From Catajapyx aquilonaris (Eukaryota): 64,000 nt of DNA. Shown here one piece after another: positions 40,501-52,500 of this stretch; position 1 is the first letter of the stretch; the number at the start of each line of letters is the position of its first letter. The notes beneath the pieces are model-generated. The model made no database searches, was not told where the DNA came from, and worked only from the letters and a program-made list of their open reading frames with translations. The DNA is taken from the NCBI GenBank assembly GCA_000934665.2, contig KZ538107.1, positions 1 through 64,000 on the forward strand. The letters run 5' to 3'. Both the position numbers and the translations under genes were made by a program.

Positions 40501-43500
40501 CACACCGTCGCAAGCGTCCACTCCATATGACCCAGTTGGGTCACAGGCACAAGGGATGCAGCCTAAACCGACGTTCCCATAACCAGGCTGGCAAACATCA
40601 CATGCCCTGCTTGAATACCTGGGTTTGCATTCACACTGACCCGTACTTGGGTTGCACATTGGGCTTGTCGAACCAAACTGGTTGCATCGGCATGGTCTGG
40701 GAATAATTGTCTTGGTCAAGGTTTCATCTGGTAGAATATGTCACTAACTTACCTGCAGTCCTGCCTGGTTGGATCACCGTAATAACCATCGAGGCATCGT
40801 TCGCAGTGCCAACCGCCAGTGTTTCCTAGGCATGACAGACACTGTCCTGTTCGCGAATCGCAAATGCCCTGTATGGACAAGTCTGCATTTCCGGAGCAGT
40901 TGCACAGCTTGCAGGACCCACCCAATGTGGCTGGATCACCGTAGTATCCAGGGGAACACCTGTAATTACAAATTTTAAGAGTGTCGGATCTGATAGCCTG
41001 ATCAGTTAGTACGAAACGAACCTTTCACAGTGAGTTCCTGTATATCCGGCGGGACAGTGGGTGCAAATGTAGTCGTTTGAATCTTCGACGCCGGTACATG
41101 TAGGACTGAAATTGTTTGAGGAGTCTTCCAAGGGACATCTGCATCGTTTGCAAGGTTTACCCTGAACAGCATCGCCGTAATAGCCATAAGCACAGTGTTG
41201 ACAGTGGGATCCGACAGTATTGTGCTCGCACGGCTGGTCAAAATAGCGAAAATGTATGTTCTTATTCTATTCACCGATGATGCTGCACTTACCCCACACT
41301 CTCCCGTGACTGGATGACAGGTAGGTGCATGGCCATTGCAGTCACAAAGTCGACATTCACCCTTATATAATGTGGAGTCAACGCGACGGTAACCCCATTC
41401 GCATGATTCGCACGATAGTCCGGCGTACCCTGGTGGACATAGACAGCGCTCTACACGTCTAGGTCGTACCAGGCTAAGCGAATTGGACACCCCCACCTCA
41501 AAGATGACATCGTGAAGTCTGAAAGTTGGAATGGTTTTTACTACCAGGTACCCCCACAGTGCAAATGCATTATTACTCACGTTGCCTCGATCTGGTCTGT
41601 GTGAAACTTGGCCCGTAAGAGGACCTTTTGAAGTGAACCTAGGACTTCCATCATCTGTCTTCTTGAAACCTGTTCTCCCCTGTACCCCGTTCTTCGCCTT
41701 CTGCCGACAATTTCTGTCACATCAGGGGGCACATGGAACCAACCTCTTTCGGATAAAGTAACTGATATGGTTGCATTAGACGACCGATATGTACTGTCGC
41801 CGAATGCCAACAGCCGCCCAGCACCCTGTAATCCGTACATATACATTCATTTATCATATTTTCCCTATAACTTATAGAGAGAGGTACAGGTATTATAGAG
41901 AGTGACTCTCTCTGTACTGACCTGTAAGAGGACGTCTGGACCACGAGTTGGTCTACCACCAGTGTCTCCTCGTGCTTTGACCCAAGAGATGCTGAACTTG
42001 ATTCGGAGGCCATACGAAGTTAGTCTGTTGCCTAAAAACAGCGACGGTGCCTGCCAATAGTAAGACTCATATGGCAACATGTCGTCGTTGGCCACCTGAA
42101 GTCCATCTAGCTCCCGAGTGGGTTCAAGCTGCCTCTGTGACCCAAAGTCGGTCACTCGCCAGTCAGCCAGACTCCTGAGCTGCTCCAAGCCGAGGTCAGC
42201 CATATCACACATGTCAATGACCCCGTAGCAGAAGCATCGGGAGCATCCCTCCGGGTTCTCTGCGTCCAAGCCAAAGTAGCCTCGTCGGCAATATTCACAA
42301 CGAGGACCTTCCACATTTTCCTGCAGTAAGGTATGGCTAGTGACAGTGACAAAGACAGCGATAGTCTGCAACTGACCTTGCAGATACAATCCCCTTCGCA
42401 GTCCTGGTTAACTGTCCCAGGCATGTAACATGGGCATGGTTGGCACTCAGGGAAGTTCCGGTAGCCATGTGCGCACCTGGTGCACCTCCTTCCGGCGAAT
42501 CCATCTCGGCAGAAGCAGTCTCCAGGCTCCTGATCCTCTGACGATGCAGACTCAGCATCTGACAGACAATGCCCCGCCGAACCAGCGGGGTGACAGTCGC
42601 AGGGTCGGCACGGGTAGGGGTGATCTCGGGGCACGCCCCTAGGTCGGAAGTAACCCAGTTCGCAACGCTCGCAGTTGACCCCGCTTGTGTGTGCCTGACG
42701 TGGACACCCAACAGAACCGACACAACGTTTTCGAATATCAAACCCATCCGTTGCCGCGCCTTGCTCACCAAACCAGTGCCCTCACCAGGATTCGAACCTG
42801 GGACCTCCAGCTGAGCTGTTGCTCTTCCAAACTGAGCTATGAGAGCATGTGGCCAAGGGAAACCGACTGACATAACGACGTTTCTATGTGTTCGACCCAC
42901 CTGGCAGTTCTGGCAGACGCCTCCTCCACGGAACTCTCCGTTGACATCGATGCTGGCGCGACGTTGTTCCACATCGGAGTCGTACGTGCAAGAGTCAGCA
43001 TGGCCATAGCAATGGCATCGTTCGCAGAATGCACCGTCCATCAAAGTGGCAGCCTTCCATCCGATCTGGTTGAACATGGGACAACACACTCCGCAGTCGT
43101 CGCCACAAGTGTTGTGCTGACAATCGCACCGTTGTCTCTGTCCAAGGGTGTGAATAGCTATACTACTGAATCTTGCAGTCAAAGGAGGCTCTACTCACCC
43201 CGGTGTTGGGGTCTGTCGGGCATCTGTCGGCGTGCCCATGGCAGACACAATGACCTCCGATGGAGATGTCCTTGATGGAATAAAAGTATCGGCGCGTGAC
43301 AGACGGATCTACAGGTGTTGGGTCGTCCCAGGAGGCGATTGTCATCAGATCGGCATTGAGTGTGCGGATCCTTTGCAATCGGAGCCGAACGTAACGTGCC
43401 CGGGTGAAGTCCCTTAGTGCTTTAGAAGGTCCGTTGCTTCCAGGACGATCGTTGACCAGCGAAGTGTGAATCTGCGTCCAAAGGATAAGTGTGTGAGATA

Positions 43501-46500
43501 ATAGCTGTGTTTCAAAGCATCACTAGTATTGCTCTTACCTCGCCTCCTTCAAATGGTTCCAGCTTTGAGTAAAAAGATGTGCAGATGACCTCGTCATCTG
43601 TCTGAAACGATGGCTTCCAAGTCTGCGGATGTACCCCATACCGATAGAGACATTCACTGTCACTAACTGCATAGTACTGCCAAGGTTTGAATTCCACACC
43701 GTCTAACGATCTTTCCAGGATCCAGTTCCCGGGACGAGGAGAGATTGCAGATTTCACTATCACGTAGGCGACTTGGTACATCTGCGGAACACATGCCAAA
43801 AATACTGTAGTCTACACTAGTTACACGTTTTTAGTTCAATAATGCTAATCAAACAACATGTTGCGTTACAGTATATTACAGTAATGGCGTTAATAGTGAA
43901 ACTATACAGATGTTCCAAAATAAGAAACAGATTGAAATAACTGAACTAAATCATGTTGATCGTCACAATTTTATCGTTAATTATCGTATTTAAAAAAACT
44001 GTCGATTTATCTATTTCACCATTACTAATTTGCCATTCATATCAATCATTATGTAAAATTTATGAAATGTTTAAGTATTAAAATAAAATAAATTATACAT
44101 ATTAATAATAGACAGTGTATATAGACTAATACAATATTTAAAACTTATAACCCACACGACAGTATGCTACCAATATCAAAGTCACTGGCAGGGATGGAAA
44201 AAGAACCGCTTCTTTGGGCGGTAAGCGGTTCTTTTTCTATCCCTGCACATGGAAAAAAGAAGCGCTTCTTGGAAGGAAGCGGTACTTTTTCCATCCCTGG
44301 TCACTGGCGTTGCAGAACATGTCAAACCCCTGCCCCCTCGCCTGCCCCTAAAGCGAATTCGTTATTAGGATGAAAAACAATAAGACGGAACAGGTATCGT
44401 CGCCAGGATAAAGTGATGAGGCGGGGGAGACCAAGAACCACCCTTGACCTCAACTCTCAAGATGAGAGGTAAAGTAGTAAATATTTAAAAACTATAATAA
44501 TGTGCTGCACGTCGTCAAGTAACGTAATGTAAAAAGTATAAACCCTCCAAGGCTAGCCTTAGGACCTCCTTCAACCCATCAGCTGCAATAAGGGGTCTCA
44601 AGAGGGCCCTGGGGCTCATCAGAACCACATTCTATACTGTACCGTATGTAAGGCAAAGCTATACCGGTAGGAGAGATAAAGGGAAGACGAGTGGAAACAA
44701 ACCTTATTCTACAGTATAACAGCAAAGTAAGCAAACACTAGAAAGGTGAACAATATTACTTTTATTTATTTATTTATTTAAGTTACCGCGTGATAGGACC
44801 TTAGGCCATTTTAGGGGGGGGGGGGTGGAACACCACCATTTCTTCAATTTTCTATAAGTTTATCTTCATTCACCGTGCAGGGATACGGGGATATAGGATA
44901 AGGGTGGGGATTTTTGGGGAGGGAACATGGGTGCAAGTGCAAAGTTTGAAAAGGGATCATGTGCTATTCTCCAGGAGGTTACGTTGCCAGACACCTCCAA
45001 GGCACGGGTTAGAGACCCTCCTGACGTATAGGTGAAAGGGAAATCCCAGGCGGGGATCGAACCTGGGACCTTTCACTCCAGCAAGCAGAGACGTTACCAT
45101 CTCGGCCACCACACCTTCCCCTGTGAACAATATTACTATAAATGCCTACAAAATCCTGAAACTCAATACTGTACATAAAGTATAGGTCACTCGGAGTGTA
45201 TAATTCGACAAAAAAAACCAGACATGGATTGGATTGAATGTTTTTGGTTCAAAAATAAGCCGGGTATTTAGGGTAGAGAACTACTCTAATTGCAAATGGC
45301 CCTTCTCACGTTTCAAATTCCACCGCACAAACCAGGCCTTTTAAATAATGTAACTAAGAAAACCGGTAATTAGCCCGCTCCTGTGAACTAATAAAATAGT
45401 CATCATGGAAGGTAAGATAGTCATTGGTATTCTTTAAGTACTGCACAATTATTTTAATGTTTCCAGTTCAGGCAGTTCTTCCAGAAAGGTAAATCTATAG
45501 GTTACAGATTGTGCATTCACTTCGGCATGCATGGCTCTAACTCAAAAGAACCACAGGGTGTGGGGGGCAATATTCTTCTTAGCTAACTGGCAACAGTGCA
45601 TGCACTTCCCGTACACTTGTAAGCTCTGGGCGTATGCCTACACGACACAAAAATGTTTGATCATCTGATTAAATAAATCATCCCCTGCAGACTCCCTATA
45701 GGCACACACACAACCATTACATAATTATCTACCAATCTCTTGCGAAGGTCATACCTGACACTGATATGTTGTCACCGGAAATGACACATAACAGTACAAA
45801 GTATTCATACATGAAATTCACCTTCAATCTTCAACGCTGTCTAGACTTTTCTTCTAGACAGAGTACAATAAACGAGCCTGGTCATCGTCCGATCGAGCTG
45901 CTTCAGGCCATGCAAATTCATTCAGAAATTTATCGAATGAGAGCAATTCCAACTGCAATTTTATCACGGGATGCAACATCTGGGCGCCTGCTCTTGTCAG
46001 ACAAGTCTGTTATTAGTCTCCTTTTTTTTCGAAGGTATAAGAAGGGGGAGGCGGTGGCGTATATAGGGTCAGTCACCCAAACCCACCTTTTAGTAGATCC
46101 CAACAACCCTCCAACCTGCTGCTGGGCTGCTTCTGAGGGGACTCCTATATACAATCGCAGCCGACTCTTTATGGCCCTTGCCCATGCCCCTTGGTTAAGA
46201 ACCTCGTGTGCGGTCCGGTACCGTTGCAGAAGCTCCCAATATTCCAAAATATGCTGCACGCAAAATTTGTATAATATGTAGGCTGTATTCACACGCACAA
46301 TGCCGTGGTTGTGATGTATACGCAGTAGTGGATCTCAAACAGCCCACAAAAAAACTGGTCACAAAAAGCTTTGTTTTCTTACAACCTGTTCTTGCGTGGT
46401 TATGAAAGTAGGGATTAGGCGTGCCGGACATTTTGATTCGACTTTATTGGCTATGGTGTATCCTGTTTCACTTTACTACCAGTCATGGAAAGTTAGCGCT

Positions 46501-49500
46501 AATTCTCTTACTAATAGCAATAAAATGTCATGCAGAGGCCACTAAATTTAACGTCAATTTACATTGTCATCATGACAGCCATTTTAACTCCATCGCTCTA
46601 AATTAGTATTTAATCATTATATAAGTACAATCGTCCTGTACGTTGATTTTAAAAAGGATGTGCTTTGCTTCTGTTGTATTTTTCCCCCTATACAATAACA
46701 ACCTGTTCCAGCAATACCGCTTAAAAGCATCCCATCATCGCCGTACACGGTAAAGTCGCTTTAACCATTGCCCCTATAAAAAGGACAGTTCCAATTCGCT
46801 CAATGCATTAGTCACTTTTTTTTCTTCTCTAAAATATAACTTGTCTGGTTAGCATTCACGTTCTTCCAGTTCCAGAAGAGAAAGATTGTTTCAGTGATGT
46901 ATTACTGTAATGGGCTGCCTCCTTTTTGGAGCCGTGTATTGGTCAGGTCCGCTTTGAAAGTGGAATATACTATTGTAGATTGGTGGGAGCCACCTCTTAG
47001 ACCAGTTCCCAGACCGTAGATAAGTCCATAGCGTAAGTGTGTGTACTTTTTTCCTCCCTCCCTACTCTTCTGCTTCGTTCTGTTGGTCTCTTCCACTATC
47101 GGCGGCTTGTCTGGTAGAGGTAGACTGCGGAAGATCTTCCTACACCACATGGTCAACAAACCAGAAGGACTGGGAGGATCATCCTCATTCCTACCACAAC
47201 TTACGTGCTGCGGAGATGGAGTGGGGGAATGTAAACATGTCCATAAGGGGAGTCTTCGGGGCTGCACGTGGAGGATGGCCGCGATTTGTGCTCTTTGGCT
47301 GTAGTTGCCGGTCAAGACGTCGAAGCACTCTTTCCTAATGTGGAAAGCATGAAAAACTTGCAGCGGCCATGGCATCTTGAAGCTTGCCTTATACGACATT
47401 GATTGCCAACAATTTGCTGATTGGTGGCTCGGATCAGATCAAAATTAATGGCCCACATATTGATGGGCATGTGCTGGGACAGGAAAAAAAGGAGTCTAGA
47501 ATTACAAGGAATGTAGCGGAAAAATCTCGTGGAAGCCCCAAAATTGTTCATAGAAATGATGTAATTCCCAGCAGGGCTTTGCCCAGAGGTAATCACAGAC
47601 CAAAAGGAATCCGTAGAACAGGAAACACGAGTGTACAATTAGGACTTCCTTTCATGCTCTTCTTTAGAGCTAACCCAAAGTTGGCAACATCAACATGTTG
47701 ACAACTTGGCCAAGTCTCCAACTAGATTTTGGTCCATTACGGTCCACCTGACACCCCCCAGTTCACAAGCTTAATTATAGCGGGTCAAGATGGCGCCCAA
47801 CGTTCCGCATACCCTACGAGGGCACTCTTGGGCCAGCAATAAACAGTGGGTGACTGGCGTGTCGACAAAGGGCAGAGTATCCAGCCAGGGACCGACCTCG
47901 TGGCCGTAACGAAAGGGAAATGGTAGCCCCCTAGCCTGGAAATTGTGTGTCCGTTGGTCCGACACAACGAAGGCCGAAGAAGGAATCCCTAATTTGGCGG
48001 GCGCTGGAGGGGAGCTTTTCAAGTAGGGGTTACACTAGCCTTATACGGTCTCCTCCTACCAGTTTTGGACTGGACAAATGAACCTCATGCCTCTCTCTCC
48101 CATAGGCTAACCCAGCACCGAAAAAGATTTCCCCTTGGTCGTTGCATGAGAGGAAAGATTGCTCAGATATTCATTCCACACGCGTTGCAAAGTTGCAGTG
48201 CCTGCGGTTAGGATATATCGAACCGGCCATTTGCGAAGTGCACTTTGCCTTGGGATTGCTCTCACTCAGCTTATAGGGTGGGGCATATATCTTGAAAGTT
48301 ATGTCATTCGATGCACTATAAGTTTATATCATAGTGTTCATTAGATGTGGCAGAGGAAGGTTGCGAGTCGAATTGCAAAGGGATGAAGGATGCACGTAGG
48401 CAAACATCGTTGTGTGTCAAAACGTGCAAATTGTAATGTGCGTGATTAAATTTTGACAGCCATGACATATGTACTGTAGTTGTTTAGAATAGCATCACTG
48501 TGGCTAATGTAAATAACTTGGCATGTTTGTAGTAACAAAACCAAGTTATTCTTTGTAACTAGAAAATGATTAACACATAGCAAGGCCAAGCTGCACGGCG
48601 GTCTATATCTATAAATATGATGTCATCTAAACGTCTTGAGGCCGTGTGATTGAACTTAATAGTGAATGTGAATATGAAACGCAACATTTGTATGCCATGG
48701 ATTATTTTTTGCTTCAGATGAGGCGTTATCTAGTTGCCATTCTTAAGACACTCAAAGCTTTCGCTAAGATTGTAAAATACATATCACATGAAGTAATATT
48801 AATTCAGGATAAGACATAATTACCACAGTATGCACAAATGTGACAATGTTAGCACTGAATGTTGTATAGTCATTAACTTTCGTAACAGGTGGACTTGAAT
48901 TCAATCTAATCCACACACTGACGCGCTATTTAATTGCAATGAGATTTTATGAATAATATGACAGGACGAATATAAGTGGCATCAAGGTAAGTTAATATTT
49001 TAGGTGTCCTCTCTTTTGTAAAGATGTGCTTTATTTATGCTATTATCCCATCTTATACAACCAAAAAAATTCAAAATTTCGTGTCAGAAGGTTATTAACA
49101 TATGCAGGAAAGGGGACCTAAGCACTACCTAATGAGATATACAGTGTTCCTTTAGCATTGGGGTCCATTTAGTTTTCGTCAATTTCGCCCGAAGTTGTAG
49201 TTTTTGTGTAGCTTTTTGCGCTCCGATCAAGGTGCCCAATTATTCCAGGTGTGGTCAAATATATAGCAGCTGGTATATAATTGGCAAAAAATACTCCACA
49301 AAAATAACAACTTTAGCGATAACTAAAAGGGCTCCAATATTTGGAACCCACAGTATAATAACCACTTTTATTTTCCTGGCGTAATTTGGTCACAATTTAC
49401 ACGATGGACATCTTGTCCTCTTCGTCAGTACATTAATTAAAATAATAGTCATATCACCAACATATACCAGCCATTAAATAAATATTGGATGATGCACATG

Positions 49501-52500
49501 CAGCTCGTTACAACCTTAGGTCACTAATGCAGGTCTACTGTGTATGCCATGTCCAAATTCTGCTTTTGCAAGCTCATATTCGCAATACCCTAGAGCTTCT
49601 AGAGTTCTAGACTCACACAATCCATACAGAGCAATGACCCACATTAGGTTCCTGATATTGTGTGGCCCCAATTTATCATGGACCATCTGGATATAATAAC
49701 GACCTCACTTTCCTGGTTAAAACTGTGCCAAAGTCAAATTATGGCCTGCTGCATAGATGGCTTAAACTCCAAAATACTACAGTAGTTCTATGATATTTCC
49801 TAGGTCACGAATTGCAGCGACACATTCTATGCGCCATAGAATAGCATTTGGTACAGGTTGGATTATTATTCAAGTACAACTTTAAATATTTTCTGACATA
49901 GTAATGTTATAAAGCATCAATTATTAGGCACAGCTTTCAATATTTTTGCCAAGCCTGATTGACTACATTTCAAACATGTCAAAATTTTACCTGCCAACAT
50001 GTACACCGCAAAACAGGCCTTGTCGATTTTGCAAAATGCCGCTTTGACCGCTTCTGGTCTTGATTGCTAATCATCTTTATATCCCTGTAAAACCAGTTCC
50101 ACTAGAAAAGCCACAAAAATATCCTCATGTAACACGATCCCCGGTTGTATGCATGCCCAGCCTCTACACAATATCACTTTTCAATGGGGGTCTCGACCCC
50201 GATGGCAAAGTGTGACACAAAAAGTGATGTCAGAGCGTAGCACCATGCTGTGGGTCAGCTCTCGGGGTCGCAGATACATAGCTCTGTGGACGCATTCTCT
50301 CAGGTATACCGGCTATGATGAATAGCCCAACTTGACACAGGAGTCAGCGGAAATTTTGAGCAGGCTAGCCAATCTGAACCGATTCGTACTGTACGTGCCT
50401 GGACGTGATCACTGCCACGTAAACATGACCATACATGCTGGAAATAGCATGGTTTTTCCCCCACAGAAGTTCAGTCATGCGGATAAAAAGTCCGTGGGAT
50501 CGTACTCAACAGTATATGAACAACGTAGGAAATTCCATTTCAGGGTCATTCACACGAACTACAAAAAAAGACGCTGGACACGTTCGAATTGTCTCATATG
50601 AACAGTCCAATCTATGTTCTGACGAACTAGGACAAAGAGTCGCATTCGTTGTCAGCATTTCTTACAACACCACATAAAAATCTTAGGAATAAAAAAAAAT
50701 ATATAAAGGCTATGATTCTGTCTCTTTTTATATCCGTCTGGAGGCTTCCTTTTCCTCGGCATGACACCTACAGTAGTCATTTCTCTCTTCTGGCTTCTCC
50801 TAAAATGGCCCTTGGCAGATGTCCGTCTCAATCCTCCTCATTTGGCACACAATCTGGCCCAGTGTCAATTGGTATAAGCCGCTACCCTTCAAAGGGCCGT
50901 AAAAAGATGCTCTTTTTCCAAAAAAACTTCTTGAGCATGTGGGGAGAAAAAAAGTAAAGGCTCGCCACCTTTTGGGTAAATATTTACGGATGAGGCTCCC
51001 GTTTTATGTCTTTGGTAGTTTTGAGCTTTCAGCACATTCTGGGTTGTATCAAAAAAAAAGGTGGCCATTTCACATTTATTAATCACACTGCGTTGGTTCG
51101 TGACCTACTCTTCTTGTGAGGTTTAACAGTATGTTAGTACAGGGTGTTTTCTGTCCATGTCTACGATCCGAATCGGAGGGACAGAGGAAAGTTGATGGAT
51201 TATTCACTCCTGGTCATGTAAAATTCGGCGGCAAAAATTCGGATCGAACCAGGAATTACTAATTCATCAACTTGTCCTCTCTTCGGATCATTAAGAAGGG
51301 CACAGAAACACCCTGTATTAAGCTATCTGGATCTGGACTACACAATGAAACACTAGGTATAAATTACACATAATCAGCAGTAACCTACTTATAATGGTCG
51401 TGGACAATAATCATCAGTTGAAGAGTGAGGCAGCTCTCAAGGCCTCGTCGGTCTCACATTAGGTCAATCAGCAGGTCAAGTTTAATATTTTACTACCTTG
51501 CACATCCGGCGACAAATTATAGCACCCACCTACGCGGTCAATTGTTTGACAGCGGAGAGAACCACATTTCTCCCTGTGACTAATGTAGCGTATCTGACTG
51601 TTTGACCTACTGCCCCCTAAAAGTCGTTATGCCTTGCTAATCTTACGAACAGTCATGTTAACAAGTGCTGTAGATTACGTAATATGAAGAGGACGTTTTG
51701 TACTAGAAAACACCTTCCGCTGAAAGGTAACAGAATGTATAATAGTGTATGGGCTAGTCCGTAGTAAATCTAGGTTTCGTAGTCCAATGTGGTAATTTCG
51801 GATGCCAATGGACCTGTTGATTAGTCCAATTTTGAGCTCATACGTTATAGAAATATCGTTGGAAATTTCAAAATGAGAATTTTAGGACACCATAATATGT
51901 CACGTGGAGCACATTGTTCAGACCTCTTCATTCCCACCTGAAATTTTAGCTATTAAATACGACCGTGGGACTCGCCAATGACTATTCAGTGAACAATCAT
52001 CCATTACGCCCATTACAGAAATGCGTGCCACGTTAACAAGCCGATATTTCGGTATAGAAGGGATCAAAATAATGCTGAAAACAAGAGGTGACGTTGCTTT
52101 TGTGTCCCCACAAGGTGCAATAAGTTCAACAGCTGTAAGTAAGGAACGGATTTTTAGGTTCTAAAAACCATCAAATAGGTACGCATTTAGGCCCTGAAAA
52201 CAGTCAAAATAGGCTCTTAAATAGACACTAAAAATCAAGCTGGTCCTAATTTATTTTAATTTATATGTAGCAGCTTATTTAACGGCTATTAATAACTGTT
52301 CTTTCGAGTCGCAATAACGGTTAACGGCATATTATCTGGGGTCATACCAAAAATATCTGCTATTATATATTGCTAGATGCCTAACTCGCTATCTCTTTCC
52401 ATACAAGCAAAGTGAAGCCAAATCACGCCCAAAGTAAAGATGACGTCATCGTTACTTTGGGCGGGGCAGCAGAAGCGGCCTTAGGGGCGGCCCCTGTGCA

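Noticed and set aside
42777..42846. Functional tRNA-Sec or opal suppressor
   Set aside because: The loop is 3 nt, and there is no long variable arm or extended acceptor stem.
42337..43182. 281-aa single ORF
   Set aside because: It is a laminin exon read through an intron into another frame; splicing explains it.
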